The translations under genes were made by a program, and so were the position numbers. The notes under the pieces were generated by a model, which was not told the origin of the DNA, did not search any database, and saw only the letters and a program-made list of their open reading frames with translations. A DNA stretch of 63,005 bases, filler included, from Actinomycetota bacterium (GTDB lineage Bacteria; Actinomycetota; Acidimicrobiia; Spongiisociales; UBA4744), in the NCBI GenBank assembly GCA_013152275.1. It is 6 parts of 5 records of this genome, joined end to end, with 100 filler letters (N's around TTAATTAATTAA, not from the genome) between each part and the next. Parts side by side here need not be neighbours in the genome. Positions count along the whole stretch, not along the records: positions 1 to 15,028 come from JAADGS010000064.1; 5 more parts are not named here. One strand, 5' to 3'. Within the stretch, counting starts at the first letter, position 1; every line of letters begins with the position of its first letter. This document shows positions 1 to 10,080 of the stretch, piece after piece.

Positions 1-10
1 CCGGCGGGTC

Positions 11-706
11 GTGTACGTGACCAACAAGCCACTCGAGCCGTCGGCTGCCTATGCCGCCAAGCTCACCCGGCTCGGGCTTCCCACCCAAGACAACGAGGTC
101 GTGTCTTCGCTTGACGCCCTCGTCGAGTACCTCTCGGTCCGGCACAATGGTGCCTCCCTCCTCTGCCTGTCGGAGCCCCTGGTGTCCGACACCCTGCGGG
201 CGGCCGGTTTCTCCATCGTCTCCCTCGACGATGCCGAGCGGGCGGCCGTCGTGGTGGTGTCATTCGACCGGACCTTTGACTACGCCAAGCTCCACGCCGC
301 CTATCGGGCTGTGGGATCGGGGGCTGTCTTGGTTGCCACCAACCCGGATCGCTACTGCCCCACTCCTGAAGGCGGCCTCCCCGACTGCGCCGCGATGCTG
401 GCAGCGGTGGAGGCATGCACCGGCGCTACAGCCGAGGTTGTGGTGGGTAAGCCCTCACCCCAGATGGCGGCGGCTGTACTTGCCCGGATCGGCGTCCCCG
501 GCAACAGGGTGCTGTTGGTGGGGGACCGGGCGGAGACCGATGTGGCGATGGCGAGACGCGCCGGCATGGACGCCGCGCTCGTACTCACCGGAGCTACGAC
601 GCGGCAGCAGGCGGTTACCGCCGATCCTGCACCGACCTACCTAATAGACGGCATCGGCGATTTGCTTACGCTGTCGCGCGACGAGCCCCGAGTTCCCACG
701 AGGTGA
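11..706 (+). CDS. HAD-superfamily subfamily IIA hydrolase (NagD-like), probably 5'-truncated by the window edge
   Basis: YVTN motif, ATNPD, VGKP and LVGDR..TD motifs; motif I (DxDG) is missing, so the true start lies upstream. Confidence 0.85.
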   Translation: MYVTNKPLEPSAAYAAKLTRLGLPTQDNEVVSSLDALVEYLSVRHNGASLLCLSEPLVSDTLRAAGFSIVSLDDAERAAVVVVSFDRTFDYAKLHAAYRAVGSGAVLVATNPDRYCPTPEGGLPDCAAMLAAVEACTGATAEVVVGKPSPQMAAAVLARIGVPGNRVLLVGDRAETDVAMARRAGMDAALVLTGATTRQQAVTADPAPTYLIDGIGDLLTLSRDEPRVPTR

Positions 707-1380
707 CCATGCAATTCATCTTCATGCTGACCCACAACGACCGTACCGTTGAGAACGTTCTCGACGTGTACCGAGAGGTTCGTGACACACCGTTGCAGTT
801 GCTGGGGTTCAAGGACGTAGGCGTTACGCGTGACACCATGCGGTCCTTGGCCGATCTGATGCACGAGGACGGTCGATCCGTGTTTCTCGAGGTGGTGTCC
901 ATCTCCCAAGAAGACGAACTGGCGTCAATCGAGGCGGCGCTGGAGGCGGGCGTCGACTACATCCTTGGCGGGACCCACTACAGCGATGTCCTTGCGATGA
1001 TCGACGGTGCTCCCGTTCGCTATTACCCCTTTCCAGGGACGATTGTGGGCCACCCCTCCGAGCTGCAGGGGTCGATCGAGGACATTGCCGCCCACGCCAA
1101 AGCGCTGACCGCCCGTCCCGGAGTCCATGGGCTCGACTTGTTGGCGTACCGGCACCGCACGGTGGATCCCGTCGAACTCACTCGGGCGGTGGTGGCTTCG
1201 TCGTCGGGGCCGGTGATCGCTGCCGGAAGTGTCGATCGGGCCGAGCGCATCCGGGCGCTGCGAGACGCCGGAGCATGGGCGTTCACGATCGGAGGAGCCA
1301 TCTTCGACGGCCTGCTGCCGGGGGCGCCGTCGCTCGCTGCCCAGATCGAATGGACGCTGGAGGTCGCAACTCAACCATGA
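703..1380 (+). CDS. Uncharacterised TIM-barrel (ribulose-phosphate-binding-like) protein
   Basis: 225-aa ORF overlapping both neighbours by 4 nt; C-terminal IAAGSV...FTIGGA resembles the phosphate-binding end of such barrels. Confidence 0.55.
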   Translation: MTMQFIFMLTHNDRTVENVLDVYREVRDTPLQLLGFKDVGVTRDTMRSLADLMHEDGRSVFLEVVSISQEDELASIEAALEAGVDYILGGTHYSDVLAMIDGAPVRYYPFPGTIVGHPSELQGSIEDIAAHAKALTARPGVHGLDLLAYRHRTVDPVELTRAVVASSSGPVIAAGSVDRAERIRALRDAGAWAFTIGGAIFDGLLPGAPSLAAQIEWTLEVATQP

Positions 1381-3005
1381 AGTCTCCGCTCGACGCCCGC
1401 GCCGCCAGCCTCGAGAGGGCTGTCTCCTCCCCTGCCGACTTGGTGGTGGTGGGCGGTGGCATCAACGGGGTAGGCATTGCTCTCGATGCCGCGGCCCGAG
1501 GGTTGCGCACGGTGTTGGTGGAACGCGACGACCTGGCTGTGGGGACGTCGAGCCGGTCGTCCAAGCTCATCCATGGCGGATTGCGTTATCTGGAACACCA
1601 CCAGTTTCACTTGGTACGGGAGGCGCTGGGGGAGCGGCATCTGCTCCGCACAACCCTCGCTCCTCACCTGGTTCATATCGAGCGGTTTTTGTTCCCGGTC
1701 GATGGGAACCGCTGGTTGGCTCCGTACATCGCCACCGGTCTCACACTGTACGACCTCTTGGGCGGACGTCGCAGCGGTCGGTTCCGGCTGGTGTCCCGAG
1801 CCGAGGCCTGCAGGCGAGTACCGGGTCTGCGTGAAGAGCGTCTGCGCGTTGCCTTCGAGTACAGCGACGGCGTGGTGGACGATGCCCGCTACGTCGTAGC
1901 GGTGGCCCGTACCGCCGCTCGTCTGGGTGCCACGTTGCTGACTCGTTGCGAGGTGGTGGAGTGGACCCGATCGGAGGGTCGTGTCACGGGGGTTGTGGCG
2001 AGGGATCGTCTCGATGGCTCAGAGCACACGATCGCAGGGCGTGTGGTGATCGACGCAACGGGCGCCTTCGAGGCTGACGACTGGAGCGACGACGGACACC
2101 GGCTGCGACCCTCGCGAGGGATTCACCTGGTGGTGCCTCGTTCCCGGGTGCCCTCCGACACCGGCCTCACCATCCGAGTCCCGGGCCGTGTGGTGTTCCT
2201 CATCCCGTGGGGATCGCATTGGCTGATCGGCACCACCGACGTCCCCCATGAGGGACCGGTGGACCGGCCCACCGCCACGGGCGAGGAGGTCTCGTATCTG
2301 ATCGACACCCTTTCCAGGGTGCTCGACGTTCACCTGACGGCGGCCGACATCGTTGCTACGTTCGCCGGGGTTCGACCACTGGTGGGAGCGGGTGACGACA
2401 CTTCGAGCATCAGCCGGGAGGAGGTCATTGATGAGCCGGAACCGGGACGGATCACTGTGAGGGGTGGCAAGTTCACAACGTATCGACGAGTGGCGGGACG
2501 GACACTTGACCGGGCCTCCGGCGCGTTGGGCAGGATATGTCCGTCGTCGACAGCCCGCCTTCCTCTGGTGGGTGCCGCCCCTTCCTCCGCGCTCGCCGGA
2601 GTCACAGGCGAGGTGTCGTCGCGGTTCGGTCTCGACCGGCCGTCCGCGCAACACTTGGTGTCCCGGTACGGCACCGAGGCCCTCGACGTGGCCCGGATTG
2701 CGATCGACGAAGGGCTCGGCCGACCGCTCGTGTCCGGGCTCCCTTACCTGCAAGCGGAGGCGTGGTGGGCTGTTCATCACGAGCAGGCCCTCTCCGTCGA
2801 TGACGTGTTGTCCCGACGAACTCGCATCGCCATCGAGGACCCTCACCACGGAGAAGTTGCCGCCGAAACGGTGGCGGGGCTTCTGGGGGAAGCTCTCGGC
2901 TGGGATTCGGGGCAACGGTCGGCAGCGGTCGACGAATACGTCGAATCGGTCTGCACCGAGTACGGGGTTCCCGGGAAAGCGGAGACGCCGGAGGTGGCGG
3001 CATGA
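1377..3005 (+). CDS. glpD: FAD-dependent glycerol-3-phosphate dehydrogenase/oxidase family protein
   Basis: VVGGGING, GTSSRSSKLIHGGLRYLE, GGKFTTYR, LSRRTR; ATG at 1377 overlaps the upstream stop. Confidence 0.85.
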   Translation: MKSPLDARAASLERAVSSPADLVVVGGGINGVGIALDAAARGLRTVLVERDDLAVGTSSRSSKLIHGGLRYLEHHQFHLVREALGERHLLRTTLAPHLVHIERFLFPVDGNRWLAPYIATGLTLYDLLGGRRSGRFRLVSRAEACRRVPGLREERLRVAFEYSDGVVDDARYVVAVARTAARLGATLLTRCEVVEWTRSEGRVTGVVARDRLDGSEHTIAGRVVIDATGAFEADDWSDDGHRLRPSRGIHLVVPRSRVPSDTGLTIRVPGRVVFLIPWGSHWLIGTTDVPHEGPVDRPTATGEEVSYLIDTLSRVLDVHLTAADIVATFAGVRPLVGAGDDTSSISREEVIDEPEPGRITVRGGKFTTYRRVAGRTLDRASGALGRICPSSTARLPLVGAAPSSALAGVTGEVSSRFGLDRPSAQHLVSRYGTEALDVARIAIDEGLGRPLVSGLPYLQAEAWWAVHHEQALSVDDVLSRRTRIAIEDPHHGEVAAETVAGLLGEALGWDSGQRSAAVDEYVESVCTEYGVPGKAETPEVAA

Positions 3006-4210
3006 GCGCCGCAGGCAGCGGATCGGTGGAAGTCAGGGAGGTCTCGAAGCTGTTCGACTCGCTCGTGGCGGTCGACGGAGTGTCGTTCTCGCTCGAACCC
3101 GGCATCTTCTTCGCACTGCTCGGTCCGTCGGGATGTGGCAAGACCACCTTGCTTCGGATGATCGGTGGGTTCGAACAGCCTGACTCCGGGTTGATTCTCA
3201 TTGGCGGTGAGGCGATGGAGGGAGTGCCGCCATATCGGAGACCGGTCAACACCGTGTTTCAGGACTACGCGCTTTTTCCTCACATGGACGTCGCCACCAA
3301 CGTGGGCTACGCCCTCCGCCAGCAACGACCTCGGTTGGACAAGGCCGAAATCGCCAGGCGCGTCGAGGAGACGCTCGAGCTGGTGAGATTGACCGGTTAC
3401 GAGCGCCGCCGGAGTTGGCAGCTATCCGGTGGCCAGCGGCAGAGGGTGGCGTTGGCTCGGGCGTTGATATCGCAACCCCAGACGTTGCTACTGGACGAGC
3501 CTCTGTCGGCGCTCGACGCCAAGTTGCGGGCGGAAATGCGGACAGAGTTGAAGTCATTGCAGCGCAAAGTCGGCATCACGTTCGTGTTCGTCACCCATGA
3601 TCAGCAGGAGGCCATGTCCATGGCCGACCGGGTAGCGGTCATGCGGGATGGCCGCATCCTGCAGGACGCCAGCCCGGAGGCGATCTACGACGACCCGGTC
3701 GATACCTTCGTAGCCGATTTCGTCGGGACCACGAATCTCATCCACGGTCATCTTGGGGCGACAGAGGGGGTGGGGGTCGAGGTTCTCTGCGACTGTGGGA
3801 TTCGCCTGGTCGGGTCGCCTCCTCGGCAGTGGCCGGCACACGGAGCCCGAGTGGCGCTGGCGATACGACCCGAGCGAATTGGGATACGACCCAGGCACTC
3901 CACCGAGGTCGGATCGGCCTCAGGGATCGAGGGAACCCACATCTCGGGACGGGTGGCGCACCGTACCTTCTTGGGCGACCACCTTTCATACAGGGTAACG
4001 ATTCAAGGGGTTGGGACTCTGGACGTGGTCGCGACCCGATCGGTGCCGACGGCAACGGAGCTGTTCACCGTCGGCGACGAAGTGACCTTGGAGTGGACAC
4101 TCGATGCAACCCGGGTCATCCCCGACGTTGGCCGTACGACCAGCAGAAGCCCAGGGGGCTCGGCCCCCGCGGACGAAGGAGCAGGACAATGGGAAGGAGC
4201 AGAAGAATGA
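3002..4210 (+). CDS. PotA-type ABC transporter ATP-binding protein
   Basis: GPSGCGKTT, LSGGQRQRVALARA, FVTHDQQEA, TOBE-like C-terminus. Confidence 0.9.
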   Translation: MSAAGSGSVEVREVSKLFDSLVAVDGVSFSLEPGIFFALLGPSGCGKTTLLRMIGGFEQPDSGLILIGGEAMEGVPPYRRPVNTVFQDYALFPHMDVATNVGYALRQQRPRLDKAEIARRVEETLELVRLTGYERRRSWQLSGGQRQRVALARALISQPQTLLLDEPLSALDAKLRAEMRTELKSLQRKVGITFVFVTHDQQEAMSMADRVAVMRDGRILQDASPEAIYDDPVDTFVADFVGTTNLIHGHLGATEGVGVEVLCDCGIRLVGSPPRQWPAHGARVALAIRPERIGIRPRHSTEVGSASGIEGTHISGRVAHRTFLGDHLSYRVTIQGVGTLDVVATRSVPTATELFTVGDEVTLEWTLDATRVIPDVGRTTSRSPGGSAPADEGAGQWEGAEE

Positions 4211-5331
4211 GACAACGAACCACACGAGCCCGATGGAACATCTGGTCCGCGCTGCTGCTCGTGGTTGCGCTGGCTGTGGCGGCATGTGCCCCGCAGTCCG
4301 CGGATACCACCGGCAGCACCAATACTACGGCAGCCGTTGATGCCGGCACCAACCTGGGTGACACACTCAATATCGCCACCTGGCCCAACTACCACGACCC
4401 GGAGACAATCAAGCGGTTCACGGCCGAGACGGGCGTGAACGTCAACATCAGCGTCTTCGGATCCACCGAAGAGATGGAAGCCCTGCTGAGGGCGGGTAAC
4501 TCAGGGATGGACATTGTGGTTCCCACCCACTACGCCGTTCCCGGATGGATCGCGGACGGGCTTATCGAACCGCTCGATTATGCGAAGATGGGGAACCCTG
4601 ATCTGTCCGGCTGGAACCCGCTCTTCATCGATCAACCGTTCGACCCGGGCAACCGCTACTCGATCCCCAAGAACTGGGGCACGACTGGCATCATCTATTC
4701 ACCCGCCGTGGGTGATCCGGTGACGAGCTGGTCGGAGTTCTTCGATCGCGCCAAGACCGACCTTGATGGCCGGGCAGTGATCGTCGATCACCAGATCTCC
4801 ACTATCGGGTCGGCGGCCGTGGCCATGGGCTATGACCTCAACACCACCGATCCCGACGAACTGGCCAAGATCGAGGCGATGCTGGTGGAGTTGAAGCCGC
4901 ACCTGTGGGCCATCACGTCCGACGTTCAGCCGGCGATTCGCAACGGGGACTCGTGGGTATCGATGGCCTGGACCGGCGACGGAGTCCAAGTGGTGAGGGA
5001 CAACCCCGACTTCGTCTACGTCATCCCCGATGACGGCGGCGAGCTGTGGGTGGACAACTGGACGGTGGCGGCCGATGCCCCCCACCGGGATGCGGCCTAC
5101 GCCTTCTTGGAGTTCATCTTGCGCCCCGAGAACTCGGCGGCAGATACCGCGTTCATCCTGTTTCCACATGCCAATCCTGCCGTGCTGCCTTTCTTGCCCG
5201 CAGATGTCGCCAACAACCCGGTGATCTATCCGGACCAGGAAGCCATCAGTCGGATGACATTGTCCTCGGCGGAGGCATACAACAGCGAGGCTCGAGCCGA
5301 GATGTGGGCTCGGGTGAAGTCCTCTTCGTGA
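4207..5331 (+). CDS. PotD/PotF-type ABC substrate-binding lipoprotein
   Basis: Lipobox-like AVAAC; LNIATWPNY, WGTTGI, WVDNW motifs. Confidence 0.85.
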   Translation: MRQRTTRARWNIWSALLLVVALAVAACAPQSADTTGSTNTTAAVDAGTNLGDTLNIATWPNYHDPETIKRFTAETGVNVNISVFGSTEEMEALLRAGNSGMDIVVPTHYAVPGWIADGLIEPLDYAKMGNPDLSGWNPLFIDQPFDPGNRYSIPKNWGTTGIIYSPAVGDPVTSWSEFFDRAKTDLDGRAVIVDHQISTIGSAAVAMGYDLNTTDPDELAKIEAMLVELKPHLWAITSDVQPAIRNGDSWVSMAWTGDGVQVVRDNPDFVYVIPDDGGELWVDNWTVAADAPHRDAAYAFLEFILRPENSAADTAFILFPHANPAVLPFLPADVANNPVIYPDQEAISRMTLSSAEAYNSEARAEMWARVKSSS

Positions 5332-5335
5332 GCAG

Positions 5336-6262
5336 ATGAGCACGCCGACCGAGGGGACAGTCGTCACCAACAAAGAGGAGCGGCCGGGCTTGCCGGCCGC
5401 TCACTCCCTCGAACACCGAATGCGGCGTTTGTCCCTGGCGCTGTTGGCTCCGGGGATGGTGTGGTACCTCGTGTTCCTCGCCGCCCCGATGGTGGTGTTG
5501 GTGATCTACTCCCTCGGTCGGCGCGCTCCCAATGGCGGATACGAAGCCGCCTTGAGCCTTCAGCAGTATGGGCTGCTCGATACCCGCTGGGTACCCTTTC
5601 TGAACACCGTACGGCTCGGCCTGGCAGGAACGCTGCTGGCCCTACTGGTCGCGTATCCGCTGGCCTACTTCATGGCCACGCGGGGTGGTCGCCACAAGAT
5701 GGTGCTGTTGGCCCTGGTCGTGATCCCGTTCTGGACCAGCTTCCTGATCCGCACCTACGCGTGGGTCTTTCTTCTCGGCAACCGGGGTATCCCCCAGATT
5801 CTCGAACGGTTGGGTTATCCCAACGTCCGGCTGCTCAATACCTCTTTCGCCGTGCTGTTGGGTATCGTCTACAACTACCTCCCGCTCATGGTGCTGCCGA
5901 TCTATGTGTCGCTCGAGCGCGTCGATGTCAACTTACGTCACGCGTCGAAGGACCTCGGGGCCGGGCGGTGGCGGACCTTTATCCAGGTTACGTTGCCCTT
6001 GTCTGCACCGGGAGTGGTGTCGGGGGTGTTGCTGGTGTTTGTCCCCGTATTGGGGGAGTATCTGATACCGGTGTTGCTGGGTGGTGGGCAGACCTACTTC
6101 CTGGGCAACGCGCTGTACGACCTGTTCTTCCAGTCTCGCAACTGGCCGTTCGGCGCCGCCGTGGCCGTGACGTTCATAATCTTGATCATGCTGCTCATCG
6201 CCGCCTACATGTGGTTCACCCGCAAAGTCGTAGCTGAGGGACGAGAGGCTCCACTGCTATGA
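5336..6262 (+). CDS. PotB-type ABC permease
   Basis: IPFWTSFLIRTYAW, ASKDLGA EAA-like loop. Confidence 0.9.
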   Translation: MSTPTEGTVVTNKEERPGLPAAHSLEHRMRRLSLALLAPGMVWYLVFLAAPMVVLVIYSLGRRAPNGGYEAALSLQQYGLLDTRWVPFLNTVRLGLAGTLLALLVAYPLAYFMATRGGRHKMVLLALVVIPFWTSFLIRTYAWVFLLGNRGIPQILERLGYPNVRLLNTSFAVLLGIVYNYLPLMVLPIYVSLERVDVNLRHASKDLGAGRWRTFIQVTLPLSAPGVVSGVLLVFVPVLGEYLIPVLLGGGQTYFLGNALYDLFFQSRNWPFGAAVAVTFIILIMLLIAAYMWFTRKVVAEGREAPLL

Positions 6263-7122
6263 ACAGTTCCAACACTTCGGGGTGGATCGATCGTGGGATC
6301 CGGGCGTACGGGATCCTGGTCTACGCGTTCCTGTTTCTCCCGATCGTGGTGGTCGTCGTGTTCTCGTTCAATGCCGGCCGCCATGTCGCCGAGCTGACCG
6401 GGTTCTCGCTCCAGTGGTACGTCACCGCCTGGACGGACCCCTTCGTGCTGCGGGCCGTCCGCACGTCGATCAGCATTGCCGTCACTGCATCCGTCATCTC
6501 CGCGGTGCTGGGTACAACCATCGCGATCGCCCTCCCCGCAGCGCCGCGTTGGGCACGGCGGGCCGTGGATGTGTTCGTCAACGCCGCCATCGTCGTGCCT
6601 GCGATCGTATTGGGTTTGTCGCTCCTCATCTTCGTGGTGACAACCACGACGTGGCTCAACGATTGGGTCGCCTATCTGGTACCGGGAAGCAACTTTCGGC
6701 TGGGCCTGGGGTTCTATTCGGTCGTGGCAGGCCACTCCGTGTTTGGAATCGCCATCGTCATCGTGTTGGTTCGTACCAGATGGGCGTCACTGGACGCCAA
6801 TCTGGTGGAGGCCTCGGCAGATCTCTACGCCCCACCCAAACGCACGTTCTTCCAAGTGATGCTGCCTCTGCTGGTTCCTGCTATCCTCGCTGGATCCCTC
6901 TTGGCCTTCACGTTCAGCTTCGATGATTTCATCATCGCTCTTTTTACCCGTGGGCAGGAGACGACCATACCGATCTTTCTGTTCTCCTCGATCCGGCGCG
7001 GGGTGTCGCCGGTGATCAACGCCATCGCCACGATCCTCCTTGCCATCTCGCTGACACTGTTGGGTATTGCCACGTTGGTGTACAAGAGGCGATCAACTCA
7101 CGAGATGGACGCCGGGCCATGA
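6259..7122 (+). CDS. PotC-type ABC permease
   Basis: EASADLYA, AFTFSFDDF. Confidence 0.9.
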   Translation: MNSSNTSGWIDRGIRAYGILVYAFLFLPIVVVVVFSFNAGRHVAELTGFSLQWYVTAWTDPFVLRAVRTSISIAVTASVISAVLGTTIAIALPAAPRWARRAVDVFVNAAIVVPAIVLGLSLLIFVVTTTTWLNDWVAYLVPGSNFRLGLGFYSVVAGHSVFGIAIVIVLVRTRWASLDANLVEASADLYAPPKRTFFQVMLPLLVPAILAGSLLAFTFSFDDFIIALFTRGQETTIPIFLFSSIRRGVSPVINAIATILLAISLTLLGIATLVYKRRSTHEMDAGP

Positions 7123-7838
7123 CGGCACACCCACGCCGGTTGCTGGCCGACCAGGTTCGGGATGACCTGTTGGCGCGCATTCACGATGGTGGCCTGACGG
7201 TTGGAGCCAAGCTCCCCGCGGAACCCAAGCTGTGTGAGGAGTTCGGAGTCTCGCGCGCCACGATCCGTGAAGCTGTGCGGTCATTGGCGGAGGCAGGCTA
7301 CCTACACCGTGTCCACGGATCGGGGACGTACGTGGCCTTCCGGCCTCGGCTTCGTCACAGCTTGGGGCACAACCTCAGCTATACGCGGCTCATCCAGCAG
7401 GCGGGATTGCGCCCCACCCGCCGGGTCCTGGGGTTGGAACGGACCGAGGCCGGCCAGGAGGAGGCAACGGCACTCGGGATCGGTGAGGCCCAAGTGGTGC
7501 GCGTCGAGCGGATCAGATCCGCCGATGACCGACCCGCCATCTATTCTGTCGACACGATCCCCGAGACCTTCGTGCCCGGTGTCACCGACGAGGGCTTCGG
7601 TGGCTCGCTATATGAGCTGTTCGAGAAGATGGGCCACAAAGTGGCCTACGGTGAAGCGACTCTGGCTCCGGTCCTTGCAGACGAGCGGCTGGCAGAGCAC
7701 CTCCAGGTCGACGTCGGGTCACCGCTGCTTCGGATCGTCCAGGTGGACTACACCACAGTGGGCGAGGCCATCATGTTCAGTCGAGAGTGGCACGTCCCCG
7801 GCGTCTTCGAGCTGTCACTGCTCCGCCGCGCCACCTGA
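7119..7838 (+). CDS. GntR-family regulator, HutC/UTRA subfamily
   Basis: LPAEPKLCEEFGVSRATIREAV wHTH, GSGTYV, UTRA-like C-terminal domain. Confidence 0.9.
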   Translation: MTAHPRRLLADQVRDDLLARIHDGGLTVGAKLPAEPKLCEEFGVSRATIREAVRSLAEAGYLHRVHGSGTYVAFRPRLRHSLGHNLSYTRLIQQAGLRPTRRVLGLERTEAGQEEATALGIGEAQVVRVERIRSADDRPAIYSVDTIPETFVPGVTDEGFGGSLYELFEKMGHKVAYGEATLAPVLADERLAEHLQVDVGSPLLRIVQVDYTTVGEAIMFSREWHVPGVFELSLLRRAT

Positions 7839-8122
7839 GGGATCTTCCTCTTCTGCGAATGCGGGCCGGCCGCGGTGGGATGACGTGGATCCTGCTCGTG
7901 AGCCGTGCCAGGTCCTGTCGGAGGCTCTGGTGTGGCCGTGGTTTCGTGGACCGCCAGACCCCGTTCCTCTCAATCCGTTGATGCCGTTGCTCAGATTGGC
8001 GGTGGCGCGCGCCAATCGTCAAGACAAGACTTCGCCACTCGTCGAGGGGGAGTGGCCGAGCCGAGATGCCGCGAGTCGTGACAGGGTCGTCGAGCCGGGG
8101 GACATGCCGGCCCGGCACACAC

Positions 8123-8824
8123 CTACAACGCGGCGGCAGCCGAACGGTCCGCGAACACCGTCGCGTTCGGATGCCGGCGCAGGTAGCCGGCGGGCAGATC
8201 CGGGCCGATGGGTCCGTTCAGGGCCCGTTCGAGCGTCGCGGCCTTGTGGGAACCGGTGACGAGCAGCCAGATCTCGCGCGAGTCGAGGATCGGTCGAAGG
8301 CCGAGCGTCATACCTCGGGTCGGTTTCGCGTTCGGATCGTATCTGGCGGCTGCGATCGTCGTGGCGGTATCCAGACGGACCACCCTGGTGGGGGCGTCCG
8401 GCGTCGTGCCAGGCTCGTTGAGACCGAGGTGTCCGTTGATACCGAGGCCGAGCAGCGTAAGGCTCAGACCGCCGTCGTCGACGAGTGCCTCGAATCGGCG
8501 GCATTCGGCCTCGGGATCCGGAGCATCCACGTCGAGGGCATGGATCTCGGCGGGTGGGCGGGCCAGCGCTCCCAGGAAGTCGCGCCGCAGCATCGCAACG
8601 CATCGTGCGGGGCTCTCCGGTGGCAGGTCGTACTCGTCGAGCACGAAGACGACGGCGGCGGACAGGTCGAGGACCGGAGCGCATCGCGCATAGACCGGCC
8701 TCGGCGTCTCACCCGTGGGCAGGCACAGCCGCGCCGTCGGATGCTCCTGCATGTAGGCAATCCATCGCTGGGCGACACGATCCGCCCACTGGTCGTCTTC
8801 GAAGACCTCGAGCTGCAGACTCAT
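8123..8824 (-). CDS. nagB: Glucosamine-6-phosphate deaminase
   Basis: [29 protein letters not shown] at 8824 overlaps the upstream stop. Confidence 0.85.
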   Translation of the reverse strand: MSLQLEVFEDDQWADRVAQRWIAYMQEHPTARLCLPTGETPRPVYARCAPVLDLSAAVVFVLDEYDLPPESPARCVAMLRRDFLGALARPPAEIHALDVDAPDPEAECRRFEALVDDGGLSLTLLGLGINGHLGLNEPGTTPDAPTRVVRLDTATTIAAARYDPNAKPTRGMTLGLRPILDSREIWLLVTGSHKAATLERALNGPIGPDLPAGYLRRHPNATVFADRSAAAAL

Positions 8825-10023
8825 GCTTCGGTGACGATGTCGAACACCGATCCGGTGTCCTTGTCGCTGAGGATCAGCTTGCGCCGGCCGTCGGGGAGGA
8901 TCTCCTCCTTCACGATCGCGTGGCCATCGTGGCGTTGGAACTCCTTGGTGATCCTCGGAGTCGTCCCGCCGCGCCACTCGAGCGTGATCGGCTCCCACTG
9001 CCGGTTGGCGGCGGAGCGATACGCGGCATCCATGATGGCGTTGACGACGTACCCGTCGTAGAACGTCTCTCGCGGTGTGCCTGCGCCATCGATGGAATCA
9101 AACATGTCGGTGAACATGTGGACGTATCCGAGTTCCGTCACCTCATCGCCGACCGGGAACAGCCACCCCTCGTTGGATTCGAGCTTCTCGGCGACGTAGC
9201 CGCCCTTGCCGCCGGACGAGTACATCTCGAAGCCGGTACGCAGGAAGTTGTTCGTCCAGATCGTGCCTTCGGTTCCGGCGACCTCGTCGCGCAGATCCAT
9301 GCCGCCGCGGAAGGTCCAGCTGACCTCGAACTGTCCGAGCGCCCCGGATTCGAAGCGGATGAGCGCGACCGCGTTGTCTTCCGCCTCGATCGGGTGCACG
9401 AGCGTGTCGGCCCACGCCAGGATCTCGACGGGCTTGTTGTCCTTGCCCACGTAGTTGCGGATGATCTCGATGCAGTGACAGCCGAGATCCACGATCGCCC
9501 CGCCGCCTGCTTTCTCCTTGTCCCAGAACCATGCACTGTGGGGGCCGGGATGGGTCTCTCTCGAACGGACCCATGTGACATCTCCGATCGCGCCGGCACG
9601 AACGGAGTCGAGCGCCTTCAGCGTCTTGGGCGTGTACACGAGATCCTCGAGATACCCGGCGAAGATGCCTGCCGACTCGACCTTGTCGAGAATCCGCCTG
9701 GCTTCGTCTGCGTTGCGGGCCAGCGGCTTGGTGCACAGCACGGCCTTCCCGGCGTCGGCAACGAGTCCGATGACGTCTTCGTGGAGGAAGTTCGGCAAGG
9801 CGACGACGACGACGTCCGTGTCGGGATGGTTGATCGCGTCCTCCAGTGAGGTCGTCGATTCCGGGATGTCCCACTGATCCGCGAACGCCCGGCCTCGATC
9901 CTCCGATCGCGAGTAGGCAACGCGCACACGGTCACGGCCGCGCCGACCGTGCATCGTCATCGTGTAGAAGCCGCCGATGAGGCCGGTGCCGAGCATGGTG
10001 ATCGAATGTCCGGTCATGACCAT
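8821..10023 (-). CDS. Gfo/Idh/MocA family oxidoreductase
   Basis: GTGLIG Rossmann motif, [17 protein letters not shown]. Confidence 0.9.
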   Translation of the reverse strand: MVMTGHSITMLGTGLIGGFYTMTMHGRRGRDRVRVAYSRSEDRGRAFADQWDIPESTTSLEDAINHPDTDVVVVALPNFLHEDVIGLVADAGKAVLCTKPLARNADEARRILDKVESAGIFAGYLEDLVYTPKTLKALDSVRAGAIGDVTWVRSRETHPGPHSAWFWDKEKAGGGAIVDLGCHCIEIIRNYVGKDNKPVEILAWADTLVHPIEAEDNAVALIRFESGALGQFEVSWTFRGGMDLRDEVAGTEGTIWTNNFLRTGFEMYSSGGKGGYVAEKLESNEGWLFPVGDEVTELGYVHMFTDMFDSIDGAGTPRETFYDGYVVNAIMDAAYRSAANRQWEPITLEWRGGTTPRITKEFQRHDGHAIVKEEILPDGRRKLILSDKDTGSVFDIVTEA

Positions 10024-10040
10024 CTCCTCCTGAGATCGTG

Positions 10041-10058
10041 AAGTTGTATATGCAACTT
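10041..10058. promoter_or_regulatory. Palindromic operator AAGTTGTATATGCAACTT, HutC/GntR-like
   Basis: Near-perfect 18-bp AT-rich inverted repeat 17 nt upstream of the Gfo/Idh/MocA start. Confidence 0.55.
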
Positions 10059-10080
10059 AGTCGATCGAGGAGATGTCGTC

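Noticed and set aside
7839..8122. Possible small gene or RNA between GntR and nagB
   Set aside because: Only a vaguely protein-like stretch with no start; no recognisable RNA motif.
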